A DNA stretch of 64,000 nucleotides from Isurus oxyrinchus (Eukaryota): positions 11,098,001-11,162,000 of the forward strand of contig JANJGN010000034.1 in the NCBI GenBank assembly GCA_026770705.1, read 5' to 3'. The notes under the pieces were generated by a model. The model was not told the origin of the DNA, made no database searches, and was given only the letters and a program-made list of their open reading frames with translations. The position numbers were made by a program, and so were the translations under genes. This document shows positions 24,438 through 39,252 of the stretch, piece by piece; position 1 is the first letter of the stretch, and each line of letters opens with the position of its first letter.

Positions 24438-26189
24438 GTAAGTTGTGATCCTCCCAGTTCCGCAAACCTGTGATAATATGTGCTTGCTTATATTCGATCG
24501 GCTTGGATAGTTGGGCTTGCTGAAAATAACGTAGTCAGTGCTAAACGCTTAATTGTTTAACTATGGTGATTTTGCATTATTTACCCAACACGACCTTTCT
24601 TAGATATTATAATTACTTCCGCTCCAATGTACAACATATTTCCAAATAACACGATTTGCTATTTCTTAGCCAGGTTGTGACATAGCAAACAGCATTTAAC
24701 TTTATAGAATGCCACGTCTCGCTTTACACTTCTAATGGGACACGATCACTATTCAAACTCCCGACGTAAGGGGTAGCCAATATTGTACTTTGGACTGTGT
24801 CGCCACGTGGGAGTAAAATTCATCTCTAAATAAATATACCCGTGTGGTGCTAGTCATAATCCATCGGTATAAATAAGGTAAAATTAACAGAGCGCTTTCA
24901 ATTGATGCATATCTGAAACACAATTTATGAGAGATTAAGTTGCATTTGTCCATGACTACTTCAAAATATTTGGAAATAAGACAATGGAGCTATTTATTTG
25001 ACTGGAGCTGCCATATCCTTACTTTGTTTTTCTCTTTTCACTTTTCGTATCATTCTCTACCTCTGACTCTTGATATTTCTTACTCCCTCTCTCCCTTCCA
25101 CACTTGCTTACATTTGATGCCACTGCAGACTAATTGCATAGCAACGCGAATTGAAAAAAAAACGTGCTGACTTTCTAAGAATATTTCAGCCCAAACGCGT
25201 GTTACCCACTCAGATGACGGATAAGGATCGACTTTGTCCCGCGGTCACGTTTTGTGACCGACATCAGCGAAAAAGCGGGCTTCACCTGATCATTATTTCC
25301 CAGACACAAGCCAGCTGACATATGAGGATTAGTCATTTCATCCAAACAGTATTTAATTGTGTAAAGTCACTGGGCGATTTGCGCAATTGCAAACGCTAAT
25401 TATGTACCCTTGCCGCCTGCATGCACCCGATTCACAGATGCAGTCAATGATATTAAACAATTATTTTCAATGTTCTCTTCTACACTGGTCCGCAATTGCT
25501 TCTCTGTTATCCATGCGCCACAGTGATAGGCAGTTTAAAAAACGTAGTGATCATCGAGGTCTTATGTTTTACTTATCAGCTAAGTCATGTTTTAACTCTT
25601 CCAAACACTTCTGCACGTCAAAGCAAGATCAGCTTTTGACCTTACGATCTCTGTTGACATCTCAGAGTGAGACTGCGCTGCCCACATCACAAACTCTGAG
25701 ATCAAAGGGCGGACTCGGCGAGAAGGAATCTATAATATTCCATAAATACCCAATTGAGAGTAACACACAATCCCGCACGTTCTCACTTGCCCCCATGGAA
25801 AACACTCATGGGCATCAGCTCATTTACAATGTGACAGGCGTGTAAAATGTATTGCAAAGTGTGAAATTTAAGGTATTAATTGCAGAGGGGAACTCGGGCG
25901 GATGCAAGTCACTTGGATTGATGTCACTTGGATTAATTAAAATAGCTTTAGCATGAGAACGGACAACTGGTCTCTCTGTTGAAATAATCTGAGTGGAAAT
26001 GCCCCAAGGCACAGTGGTCAACCAGCGACGCTTTCATCCTTCCATACACCCTCTGCCTTATCTGCAGATAACATCATTCGATCCAGCCTGCCTCACATAA
26101 TCCAACCACGAGTTGTCAGCGGATCCCTGTGAATTTATTTCGGTTTTACTGCGCCATTAATCACATCAGTTACCTTATTAATCCCAAAC

Positions 26190-26730
26190 TTAGAATCACA
26201 GAATCACGGAATTTTAACGGCGCAAAAGGAAGCCATTCGGTCCATCGTGTCTGTACCGGCTCTCCAAATGAGCATTATAACCGGGGTACCGTTTCGCTCC
26301 TTTTCCACCTACCCTGGCATATCGTTTATATTCAAATAATCGTGTAATGCCCTATTCAATGCCTCGATTGCACGTGCCTTCACCACAATTCCAAGCCGTG
26401 CATTCCAGACCCCAACCACTTGCAATGCGAGAAAGTTATGTTTTTCTCACGTCATATTCGCTTTTTTTGCAATTCACTTAAAATCTTTTCCATCTCGTTC
26501 TTGATCCTTTTAAAAGGAGGACCAGTTTGTCCCTATCTAGTCTGTCCAGTCCCCTCATGATTTTGAACGTCTCTATCAAACGTCCTCTTAGCCTCCTTCT
26601 CTCCAAGTAGAACAGTCCCAACCTCTCCTATCTATCTTCGTAAATGAAGTTCCTCATCCGTGGTACCATTTTTGCAAACCTCTTCCGCAATATCTCCAAA
26701 GTGTTCACATCCTTCCTATATGTGGCACCC
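26190..26730 (-). mobile_element. CR1 LINE 3' fragment
   Basis: agaatcacagaatc-type tail, and gaacagtcccaacctctcc / aacctcttc RT-end sequence. Confidence 0.75.
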
Positions 26731-28345
26731 AGAACTTTCCTAAATGAATTGTACTTCATTTGCGTAATGCATTTCAGCTCACTACTTTTGCTTATAGGAT
26801 ATGTCAGTTACTTATTTACCTTACTTTATGGCACTGCAATCGTCTAAGCAATGGAACCTTTAACGTACAATACTTTTCAGACTATTGTGCAGTTCTTACG
26901 GAATTAGTAGGCACACCATGGGAGCACCAGAAAAAGGAGTTATTCTCTCTCCCCTTCTACAGCCCCCACCACCACCCCCCGACCCCCATCTGAAAAAATA
27001 CATCAGAGAAGCTTTCCTGAGTAGTCAGGGGCTAAGGCAAGACGGACATAAAAGTCACGAAGATTGTGCTCTCACGAGAGTCCAATAGAGGGAGCTAAAC
27101 GGCACTGGTATTCCTGAACTGATAGCTTCCTGGCGCCTTGTTTCCCCGCTTACCTATATAAGTGTTTGATTAGTACTAACAACTGACTCTCAGCATGCAG
27201 TAGATTAAAATGTGACTTTGGGCTGAAGTGATTGGCAAGAGCGAGGTGACCTCCCCGCCCCAAATCATTGAGCAACTGTCCTGCGATCATTGGCCAGATC
27301 TATCTGAATGGGTGATTGGCATAGGGTACGCAACCAGCCCTCGAAATCAAGTGTACTAACGGGTGCCAAGATGCTGGGGCAATCTGCGACAGGTGGCTGC
27401 CATCTTCAATGTGGAAGGACCAGAGAAGATGGGGAATGAACAGGGGAAGATCTTGTTAACATTTTGGCTTAAGAGCAGAAACCTGCTGCTACAAGCAGCA
27501 GAGATCAACATTCAGTCTGTGCCATCTATCCATTTGTCCTCTGAGATCAGCAAACATCTCTCAACTCTCACAGATCATATGTTCCTCCCATTTATTTAAC
27601 TTTTGCATCATCTCTAAACTGTTGCTTCTTACCAAACTTTAAAAAAAAACGCATAATATCAGTCGTGGCTCTCGACCTCCCATGTTGCATACTCGTTGAC
27701 CTTCAAAACTCAATATTTGCAATTGGCATTCCTAAACCAACCTGAAAATTTAAAAAGAAAAGGAAAGCCTTCTGGCCGAAGTATTGTTGCATCCAATGAC
27801 TCTTATGACTTCCAACTATTATGTTTCATTAACGCGATTCATGCTTGAATTGCAAAGAAAATCAGGTTGATATAGTGCCAATCATCACGTTAGATTGAGC
27901 CAAAACATTCTACTGCCAATTTGGTAATGGAATCACCTTTTGTAATGTGTGTACAAATTGCATTAACCCGCCCACAGGAAACGCCTACCAATAAAAATGA
28001 TTCCAGGTCAGCGGTTTATAGATGTTGCTTTAGGAAGAAATAGCAGCCAAAACATCAGAGGGCGCAGCACTCAATTGTGCTGCATGGAAGTGCCATCTGA
28101 GATGACGTGCTTTTATCTTTGAAATGAGAAAGGAAAGGACAAATATAGGCGAGTGTGTTACTCATTGAGCATCAGCTAACATTGTTTTAATTTTAAATTT
28201 ATGGGTACAAGGGAATTCTGGCTGTTGTTTTCCATGCAGAGCACATTAACGAAGGTCAGATGTGAACACACAATGGTAACAAACTGAAACTTCCCCTTAA
28301 AATCTGGCAATGTTTAATTGTTCTGCTCGTTTCTCTTCCTAACAG

Positions 28346-29268
28346 TTAACATCCTGGCGATTGTGATCCTGAACCGGAGAAACTGTGGTCTCTCCAAATG
28401 TATCACTCACTACCTGGTGTCTATGGCAGCGGCCGATCTAATGGTTGTCATCACCTGCGTTATATTTAATCGGATCATTGATATTTACTTTCCCGGCAAT
28501 TATATGTTACTCACTCCAGCGTGTCGGGCCAGAACTGTCCTAGTCTATGCAACCAGAGACGTCTCTGTCTGGTTAACCGTCGCATTTACCTTTGATCGTT
28601 TCATATCCATTTGCTGTCAGCAGTTGAAAACTACATATTGCACCAAGAAAGTGGCAGCTGCAATTGTAGGCACGGTGTTTACCCTGAGCTGTTTAAAAAA
28701 CATTCCCTGGTATTTCGTATATGACTCTCTCTATATATTTAATAAATTGCCATGGTATTGCCTGATCATACCAAATTTTTATATATCGCCCTTTTGGTTA
28801 GCCTATTCTTATTTCGACTGCATTGCGACTCCTTTCCTGCCATTTTTTATCATTTTGCTGCTCAATGCCCTGACCGTGAGATATATATTAGTGGCCAGCA
28901 GGGTGCGCAGGGCGTTGCGGGGCAGCGCCGGCTCTGACAATAATCCTGATCCTGAGATGGTCAACCGGAGAAAATCCTTCATCTTACTCTTCAGTATATC
29001 TGGAAACTTTCTGATCCTGTGGCTGACGTACACGATCCATTACTTGTATTATCGAATTACTGATACCTATTCTTACACGGGTTACAATGACCCAGTTTAC
29101 ATCCTTCAGGAAACCGCTTATATGCTCCTGCTTTTGAGCTGCTGCACGAACACATTTATTTATACAGTGACCCAGACTCAGTTTAGAGCAGAGCTAACGA
29201 AAATGGTCATGTACCCAGTGAATCAAATTGTTTCCTTTTTGACCCATTTGAACAGCTGGATTGGCTGA
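28346..29268 (+). CDS. GPR139/GPR142-like class A GPCR, exon 2 (spliced protein 330 aa)
   Basis: cttcctaacag acceptor; intact 7TM body with YLVSMAAADL, SVWLTVAFTFDRFISIC, LLLNALT and CCTNTFIY. Confidence 0.92.
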
Positions 29269-31809
29269 TTACCACAAGGCATCTTGCCAGACAGAAGGGT
29301 AGGTCTTGCACAACTAATAATATCCTTGCCTGCTTCCAGCTGTTCCACGTGTGAAAATTTAGGTTGCCATTTGTCAATTAGCCAATGTAAACAGAATGGA
29401 CTATAGACAGCAATCTCAGAAAATATTCAGTTTTCAATGTTGGATTTTCAGACACTTCCGACCAAGGATGAAACAGTTCCAGATATGCTCTTTCATAGCA
29501 CGTTGGTAATGTTAATAATAATTCGATCGTCACCAAAAAGCCCAGCACAAAACACGGGTACGGGAGGTGAATTTTTTTCCCCTGCTGACACTATATTCAC
29601 TCTGTCTAGTCAAACCTCATGAGGCTCGTCGGATACCAACACAGGTGTCAACACATCTGCGGGTTAAAGCAATTCCAAGTGAAATGCCTGATAAATGTGT
29701 ACTCGTATTTAAATTTGCACTCGCCTCTCCTGTTTCCCTCAAACCGGCATATCCGATTTAAATTAACTAACGCGAGGCTTGGTAAGTTTCATGGTGAAAT
29801 TGCCCTCTGGATTAACAGATGTTGTCCCTGATGCAACTGTCGGAAACCAAGATGGAGCACTGCCTATTTGTCGATACACAATCAAGTCATAAACAATGCT
29901 CCGTAAATGATTAACGGGCGCTATGGACAAATCAGCTAGGTAGTCAAACCAGTGATTCACCTCCTGACTCCCCAAAGCCTGCCCATCATCAGTGAGGAAC
30001 ACTTCAGGGGGGCGACGAAATACTCCCCCTACCACCCACTCTGAACCAGTTCCTGTTGCCGTTAATAGACCTGGTGACATGGGGCAGGCACAGCCTAGGC
30101 TGTTGGGGAGCATCACTCACCTGTACAGGTACAATATTCCGCACGCCCCTCTCCCCGTCACTCACTGCGAGAACCACTTATTCAGTCTGACAGCTCCGAT
30201 GCACACCCTGGGCTACTGGACTTTGGGGAAACCTCACTCACCTGTACAGGTACATTATCTGTCAGCTCCACGCAAACTCATTCTTTGACACAGCTGCTGC
30301 TGTCAACATTGACTTTCAAAAGGGAATTGAGTAAATATTTAAGGTGAAAATTAATTACAGAAGATGATCAAGGAGAGTCGGAGAAAAAAGAGTAATATCA
30401 TTTCAGAAGCTGATTTGAGAATGGGAATGAAAAACCTAATGTCATTTCAGAAGCAGCTGATTGTTGCAAAGTTTTTTCTTATGTCTCAGAAAGAATGAAT
30501 GAAATAAAAAGGTCAGATCCTCTCTTCATCAAACCTGTTTCTCAATCTAGTGATTGAAGTCCCCTTTCTGGCGAAGAGACGCTACTACTGAAATGGATGG
30601 GAATTATTTTTATTCATTCCTTCACCGGAGGTGAGCATTGCTGGGTAGCCCATCACTGGTGGCCCTACAGAAGGTGGTGGTGAGCTGCCTCCTTGACCCG
30701 CTGCAGTCCATGTGGTGTTCTGGGATTTTGACCCTGCGACTGTGAATGAATGGCGATATATTCCCAGGTCAGGATGGTGACTGACTTGGAAGGGATCTTC
30801 CAGGTAGTGGTGTTTCCATGCGTTAGAGTTTCATCAGTGATTCAATAAGGGAGAAAAATCACGCAACATCTATTAGAAATGATAGGATCATCAACACAGG
30901 CACACGTTCAGCGTGGAGAATGAGAGGTGTGCAGTGTTTTTGCAGAGCACCAATAAAAAACCTGGAAATACTTCGCTAAAGTTTAAAGCCATTTCAAAAA
31001 GTTCAGAAAATGTTTCCGAAGTTATGACAAAGTGCATTGGACCATCCGTCAAAAGCTGAGGAAAGTAAAGCAAATATTTTGATAAAGGTGGGTAAAGCAA
31101 TTAACAGTTTAGTAAAAAGCTCTCCTACAGTAAAGAAGATGGCAGGCAATAGATGGTTGAGAAGAGTAGATGTTATAACTTTACTGCTGACTCCCTCAAT
31201 GCACACCATCAATGAGATGGAGGTGAAGCGGCTATATATTAATAGCAAGTTTTAAGTAGGACACTAGCGACAGTCAGCATGTTGGTCTGGGAAGGGTGTG
31301 AAAAAAAACTAAGTGCTAGCAGCCTCTTCCAGTACACATTATCTCTCATTTCACCACATTATACTGCACCCCTCAAATTTTTGCCCACTCACCTATCCTG
31401 TCTGCAGACTCTTTGCATCCTACTCACAATTGCTTTCTTACCTATCTTTATATCATCAGCAAATTTAGCTGCAATACCGTCGGTCTCCTCATCCAAGAAA
31501 TTAAGATAGTCCTAAAATAGTCGAGTCCCCAGCACTGATCCTTGTGGAACTGCACAAGTTACAGTTTATCGAATTACAAATGAGCACAGGAGCAGACAGT
31601 ATCCTGGGCTTTTTAAACAGAGGCTTAGAATAGAAAAGCAAGGAACATGTTGAAGCCTCACAAAACTGTATTAATCCTATTTTTTTTCTTTCCAAAGTTT
31701 GCTTTCATTTGCAAATGCTCATGTGTTTAAGCCACCCTTTGCGTTGTTCCACGTAGCAATCGACAACTAACAGTGTATAATTTAAGTATGTTTTTTCCCT
31801 TTCCGACAG

Positions 31810-32711
31810 TTAACGTAGTAACAATTATGATAATGCCACGAGGGAAGCATGGTCTCTCCAAATGCATCACCCACTACCTGGTGGCCATGGCAGTGGCAGA
31901 TCTCTTGGACATTCTTATCTATGTGATGTTGAGCCACATAATTGATATGTATTTTTCAGCCAGCTTCCTGTCCATTACGCTGCTGTGTCGGCTCAAAGCT
32001 GCCCTCATTTACTCTGCCGAAGACAGCTCAGTCTAGTTAACTTTGGCTTTCACCTTTGATCGGTATGTGGCTATTTGTTGCAGGAATCTGAAAATGAAAT
32101 ATTGCGTGAAGGCTATGGCAGCAATGGTTGTAGGAATGGTGTTTGCACTGAGCTGTTTATGAAACATCCCCTGGTGCTTCGCATTTAAACCTTTGTATTT
32201 TATTGACAATGTGCCCTGGTATTGTATCTTTGAATCTATCGTTTATTCCGCCCCGCTGTGCAGAGCATTTTCATTTCTTAACCATATTTTAACCCCTTTC
32301 ATTCCATTGATTTGGATTTCGTTGTTTAACGCACTGACAGTGAAGCACATTATAGTGGCCAATAGAACCCGCAAGGCTCTGCATGGCAAGAGACACAGTA
32401 AAAGGGAGAATGACCTGGAAATGGAGAATTGAAGAAGATCCATTACTTTACTTCTCACAATATCTAGTAGTTTTATACTCTTCTGGTTGACCTTTGCCGC
32501 ATATTACTTATACCATCGAATTACAAAAACTTATAACTCTACATGTACCGACGATCCCATATATATTCTCCAGGAAGCTGGGTATGCACTGCTTCTTTTC
32601 AGCTTTTGCACCAAAACATGTATCTACGCAGTGACCCAGGCCAGGTACAGAGAAGAACTGAAAAAAATAGTGACACAACCATTGGCGTTAATTTGTCAGT
32701 TCCTGAATTAA
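31810..32711 (+). pseudogene. GPR139-like exon 2 copy, full length with 3 in-frame stops
   Basis: ttttccgacag acceptor; single frame with TAG 32034-36, TGA 32160-62 and TGA 32430-32; AFTFDRYVAIC motif. Confidence 0.92.
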
Positions 32712-32964
32712 TGCAGAATGAATAGATACTTGCTAATATTCACATTAAGTCCTACTCAAATGCTCTCTTTAATATTGAATATAAAGGGATCTCGTGCAAG
32801 AATAAGAAGCACAGCACCTCTATATTTTAAGCAAATGGTCCTGCAAAATCTTCAGTCAATGAGAGAGGGGCAAGATCAGTGTGTCAAAGGGATAGAATCT
32901 CTTCATTGGCAGTAGCGCGGAAGAGATGACCAAATGTTATACACTTCCTCAGATGTTCAAGTGG

Positions 32965-33300
32965 GAAGGCAGTGGCAGAGTGGTATTATAACTGGATTGT
33001 TAATCCAGAGACCCAGTGGAATGATCTGCGGCCCCATGGCTCCAACATGGATGAAGGTGGAATTGGAATTTGATTAAAAAAAATCTTGGAATGAAAGACT
33101 AATTGTGACCATGAAACCATTGTCAATTGTCGTTAAACTGGTTCACTAATGTCCTTCAGGGAAAGAAATCTGCCGTCCTTACCCAGTGACTCCAGAAACA
33201 AAGCAATGTGGTTGACTCTTAAATGCCCTCTGAACGAGGATAATTGGGGATGGAAATAAATGCTGGCCTAGTCAGTGATGCTCACGTCATATGAACAGAT
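32965..33300 (+). mobile_element. tRNA-derived SINE
   Basis: ggcagtggcagagtggtatt head, core, and aaatgctggccta tail. Confidence 0.75.
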
Positions 33301-35709
33301 TTGTTTAAAAGTCCAAACAATTTTATAGAACTCCAAATTATCGTAGCAGTGAATGTGATACTGCTCAAATTATGGTGTCCACATTGTAAGGTTCAGCATG
33401 GAAGGGCTCACATGGTGACGATATCTGCTCTTTGAGTGAGGATGCACTTAATTCCACACATCTGCACCCACAGATTCTTCCTTATGAAGACTGCATCCAA
33501 TTTCTTCCCTCAAAATAAGTAAGCATAGAATTTGGTTCTACCACATATAACTCGCCGAGCAAAATAAATCTCTTCATCTCCTTCTTCGGGCAATGACCAT
33601 AAGCGTGCCTTCCTGCAGTTCCCAATAATCTCTGATGCTGGCCCTACTTTCTCTCTCCATGAACATTATTATTTCGTCTGCTTCCATGTAATGTTCCCTC
33701 AAACTTCTCTGCTCCAATGGGAATAAGCCGAATTTCCTAGCCTTTGTGCAGAATCGAAATCTCTCCTCAGTAGCTTCATTCCAGTCAATCTGCTCCGCAC
33801 CCTCTCTCTCTCTCAGAGCAGCGTTATTCATGCAATGTGCTGCATTGAATTGGAATCAGTGCTCCAGGCGAGTTGTAACCAGTGAATGATAAAGATTGAG
33901 CATCACGTCCTTGCTTTTGATCTGTATGAGCGCATTCTGCGATTGTGCAAAATAGCATATTCCCAAAGTGTTGATGCATTGAGTCCAATTCCATGTCGTT
34001 CTGCTGCCACCTCGATTGAGGAGGTTTGGGTACCCTTCCTTCCTCTAATTATTGCATCAATCAGTCCCATATGCAACTTCGCCCGTCTGTACAGATAACA
34101 ATAGTCCATGGGCATGCCACACAAGTCATCAAATGCAAGGCACTGTTGCACTACGAGGCAATCCTTGCAAATGGTCGGTGGTGGCGGTAAGGTTTAGTAG
34201 TGATGCTTGGAAGTCTTGGGTTAGAACGTCCCTTTGCATTGTGACCCGGGTCTAAAATCTAGAAAACCCAAACTTCTCAATGTCCAAAAAGGCAAACACA
34301 TCACTATCTCCAAGAGAAAATTTATCAATTCACAATTCTGTATATCCTGATTTACACTAGATTGCTCCTCAATGAATGACTGACCAATTGGCGGATGTTC
34401 CCAACAAGCGGACGTCCCTCTAGTGTGCACTAATGCAGCCAGTTTCCCCTCATCACTTGGCTCTGATTTCCAAGAAATGCATCATGGTCTCTCATAATAG
34501 ATTAGTGCCCTGAATTTGGACCATTAGTAAAATGCCGCTTTCCTCTTCTCACCTCGCCTGTTTGGGCTGTTTGCTAACCCCCTCTGGGCTAACCGCTGTG
34601 TTGTGGTGGTCCCTCGTTTCGAGCAAATAATGGCTGAAGCAGATCAACCAAAAACAACGAAGTGCTCAGAATACGGGTTTGGGGAGGGCTTGCTGAATTC
34701 CACCTTGTCACAATGCTGTGACGGTTGATGAAATCGTTCTGATATCTGCCAAAAACCAGTAAGTGTTTCAGGTAAAATAATTATAAAAAAATGAAACTTA
34801 TAAAAACTGTCTTGATCCAGCAGGGTGACTTGACAGGTGATACCGCAATTTATCGAAATATTGATTTGTAAATATACAAACTGACCTGAAGACCTGATCT
34901 GACATTTAATAGTAACACGGAACAATAGAAAACACGAGGTCCTGGATGGGAAAACTTTCACAATGTTTTTGGGCTAACGCCACCTGTTTCAGCATTAAAC
35001 TGTGCAGATACGAATGAAGTGTGGTTGGAAATTTAAGGTTTTATTTTAAGAGAAAACACGAAACACTGAAAGGTTGTAGTTGTCCAAAATCTCTTTCATT
35101 GCTGCATTTGGACATGGACTGCTTCAGTATCTGAGGAGTCACGAATGGTGCTGAACATTGTGCAATCATCAGCCAAAATCCCCACTTCTGACCTTATGAT
35201 GGAAGGAAGGTCATTGTTGGAGCAGCTGAAGGTGGTTGGGCCGAGGACACTACCCTAGGGAACTCCTGCAGTGATGTCCTGGAGCCGAGATGACTGATCT
35301 CCAACAAACATAACCATCTTCCTTTGTACTAGGTATGACTCCAACCAGTGGAGAGTTTTCCCCCTGATTCCCATTGAAACCAGATAGTAATAATTCAAAT
35401 TGAACTGGTCTAAATAATATGAATTACTATGGATTTGACAAGAGTAATTTTGAATACCCGAGAAGCTCATAACATCAAATAAGGAATGACATTCAGGAAG
35501 CTATCATCATGAAATGTTTCCACAAGCTTTTATAACTGTGTTTTGCATATTCGAATAAAATATTTTGCAGTTACAACTAAAGACATTGCCTTGTAATAAA
35601 TTAGATTCCTGTATTAATTCAACACGGTCATGTCCATTTTATTCTCCTCTTGATTATGGAGTCAACTCAAGTCAATGTTAATGACAAGCCATTTTCACAC
35701 CAGAATCTG

Positions 35710-36490
35710 TTCTCAATTGCTTTTTGATACCTCACCCAATAAAGGAAAGCATTCCGTATGCTTTCTTTACGACGTTATCCAACTGTCCTGTCACCTCTCA
35801 GGACCTGTGGGCATGCACTGCAAGGTGTCCCACTTTCTCTGTCCATGACAATGTGCTCTCATTTATTATATATCGCTTTGTTTGCCCTCCGCAAATACGT
35901 TACCTCACAGTTCTCTGGATTGAATTCCATCCAGCACTTTTCCACCTACTGGACCAATCCATTGATATCAGTCTGGGTTGAGGTCGCCACATTACAGGAA
36001 GGACGTAATCGGCCTAGAGAGAGTACAGAGGAGATTTACAAGAATGCTGCCAGAGATTGAAAATTACAGCTCCGAGGAAAGACTGAATAGGCTGATGTTG
36101 ATTTCCTTAGAACTGAAGAGGCTGAGTGGTGAACTGATTGAGGTGTGCAAGGCAATGTGGAGTCGGGACAGATTAGAAAAGAGATGCCCTGTTTCCCTGA
36201 GGACCACGGAGTGGTCAATTAGTAGGAAGCACAGGTTTGACGTGACTGGTAGAAGGATTAGAGGGGACATGAGGAAAAACTCCTTCACCCAGAGGTTGTT
36301 GGAATTTGCTGCCTGCTTTGGTGGTGTAGGAAGAAGCCCTCAGCACGCTTAAAATTTTCGTGGATCTGCATCCCAAGTTCTGCAATCTGCAAGGCTGCTG
36401 AGCAGGCGCTGAAATGTGGGATGGAATCTTTTCCGTCCGGTGCAGACACGATGGGATGAATAACCTCTTTCTGTGTCGTAACTGTTCTAT
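35710..36490. mobile_element. Back-to-back CR1 fragments (- strand to about 35975, + strand 35978-36490)
   Basis: SPHYRKDVIGLERVQRRFTRMLP on the + strand; antisense RT sequence immediately before it. Confidence 0.7.
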
Positions 36491-37139
36491 AGTCCCATCA
36501 TGCTAGAAGCCCCTCCCTTTGCGCAATTAAATACATAGCTGGATGAAACAATGGACATTGAAGTGAAATTCTCAAGCGGTAACAATAAGTTGGGGGAAAG
36601 GAACGGACAGTTCATTCTCTCCAGATTTCAGTTGTTCAGTCTGATCATATCTCGTCTGTAGCTCAAACCCTTTCAGCTCCAATTGTGTCCAATCCTGTGG
36701 TACCTTTTGCTGAGGCAATCAAACGTCCAAATTGAGGTCCTGTGTTCTGTTGGAAGAAAATTACAACTGGTGACTACTTGAATGCAAAATGCAACTGCGT
36801 TACTATGAAATGACTTCATGTTGTCAACCTTCAACAACTGAACTTAGATCCCATTCTCATGCTCTGCATCATGCCGGGACGAATTGCTCGCAGGCATTGA
36901 GTATGGACTGCATTTTCCAAAACTAGAGTGGATTTTGGTTAGAACAACATTAATATTACAATTTTGTTCAAGTACTTTTAAATATGTCACTTGCAGTGAC
37001 GTAATTATTTAATGCAGTGTGAGGGAGAATCTTAATATAGGGATTATTCCTTTGCCTCGATATGAAGCTGCTGCACCTCTGTGCAATTCATCAGCTCAGG
37101 GTAAATCAGTTAATTTCTATGTGTGAAAATGAACAAGAC

Positions 37140-38690
37140 CTGTGGGCAGGAGGTCAGGCCACCGAATCCATGATGTTCAGGCCACATGTTGTTCTCATCC
37201 AATGACCTTGCACACTTACATTCCAGCACACAGCAGGGAATAAAGGAGCAAGCATATCCAATAGAACATGCCAGAGGTTGGGAATCCTAAGGAAACTAAC
37301 TGACCTCCTGACTCCCCAAAGGCATCTACAAGGCATACGTCCGGAGTGTGATGGAGTACCCTGTATCTGCCAGGATGAGAGTGGCTCCAACAACATTCAA
37401 GAAGCTCCATTACATCCAGGAAGAAGGAACTGCATACACTACCATAAACAATAACTCCCTCCACAACCTACACATAGTAGTAGCAGTGTGTACCATCTGG
37501 AAGATGGACTGCAGCAACACACCAAAGCTCCTTAGACAGCATCTTCCCAATACGCAACTTCTACTGCCTGGAAGGAAAAGGGCAGGAGATGCATGGGAAG
37601 ACTACCAACTGCAAGCTCTCCTCCAAACCACACACCATCCAACTTGGGACTACATCAGTCGTACCGTCACAGTCACTGGGTCGTTCTCAGTTTGGCAGGC
37701 TGTGAATAGCAAGCTGCCACGAGAATCAATGCTTAGGCCACAGCTATTCACAATATATACCAATGATTTTGATGCGGCGACCACATGTAATATTTCCAAG
37801 TTTGCAAATGATATAAAACTTGGTGGGAACGTAGCTTGTGAGGGGGATGCAAAAAGGCTTCAATGGGCTTTAGACAGGCTTCATGAGTGGGCAAGAGAAT
37901 GAGAGATGGTAGAAAAAGTGGGGTAAAAGGTGAAATCTTCCACTTTGGTAGGGAAAAGGACAGAGCATTTGTTAAATGTTTTGAGATTGGGAAGTGTTGA
38001 TGCCAAAAGGGACCTGGGTGTCTTTGTTCATAAGCCAGTGAAAGCAAACATGAAGCTGCAGCAAGCAATTACGAAAGAAAGTGGAATTTTGGCCTTCATC
38101 GCATCGGGATTTGAGTGCAGGAGCAAACGTGCCTTGCAGCAATTTGATACAGCCTTGAAGAGCCCACACCTGGAGTATTATGTGAAACCTTGGTCTCTCA
38201 CCTAAGGAAGGATACATTTACCATAGAGGGAATGGAACGAAGCTTCATCAGTCTGATTCCTGGGATAGTGGGATACCCTTATGAGAAGAGATTGAGGAGA
38301 ACGGGCCTGTATTCTCCAGAGTTTGGCCGACTGAGAAGTGATGTCATTGATACTTACAAAGTTCTAACAGGGCTCAAGAGCTTAGATGAAGGAAGGATGG
38401 GCGGTATATAAACAGGGCTCAGAAAGTGGGGTAAAGCATTTAGAGTGAGATGGGGAGTACTATCTACAATTAGAGGACAGTACATCCTTGTAACTCTCTA
38501 CTCTGGAGGGCTGTTGGGGTCCAACCATTGAATATGATCAAGGCAGAGACTGATAGGTTGCTAGATATTAAATATATCAGGGCAAATGGTGATAGGGAAG
38601 GGAAATGTTATTGAGGTAGGTGATAAGCCATCATCTATTCTAATGGCAGAGTGGTCTTGAGGGCCCAAACGGCCTACTCCTGCTCATATG
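37140..38690 (+). mobile_element. LINE fragment (to about 37680) fused to a CR1 RT/3' fragment
   Basis: SMLRPQLFTIYTNDFD..ISKFANDIKL and SPHLEYYVKPWS; the first part matches the LINE at 48.5-49.5 kb. Confidence 0.75.
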
Positions 38691-39252
38691 TTTCAAAACC
38701 TTACACATTTATGCTTCGACTATCCATCATGCAGAATACACGTTCCTTAACTTGTCCTGATGACAAGGTCTCCCTCTCTTTTTCTGGCTCGATGCCAGTT
38801 TCCTTTCTATTTTCCATGCCATATTATTTCTTCTGCTACAATGTAATAAGTGCATCAACATCTTGCGCTATGCTTTATTTCAAACAATTATTGATCTCAA
38901 TCAGTAATTCTTATCTTCTATAAGTAATTTTCTAACATGAGACTGATTTAGTTTGAAGCTAGTGGAGAGGCAGCAACATTGATTTTTTGTTCAGTCCATT
39001 AGATTGAAAGCTCTTGAATTTTATACATTTGGTTAGATTAATTTCTGTTCACTCCGGTACCACATTATGAAACTGTCCCATTTTATCTGCATATCAGGTA
39101 TCACACACAACTGTTTGTTTAGATGGTACCAACTTATTTGTGCTCTTGCCTGGCAATTTATTTTCTATTTTAATTCACAGAAAATCCCTATAAACGGATT
39201 CTCTCTGTGTGAGTCTGACTAGCTACTTATTGATCTTTTATTCTCATATCAG

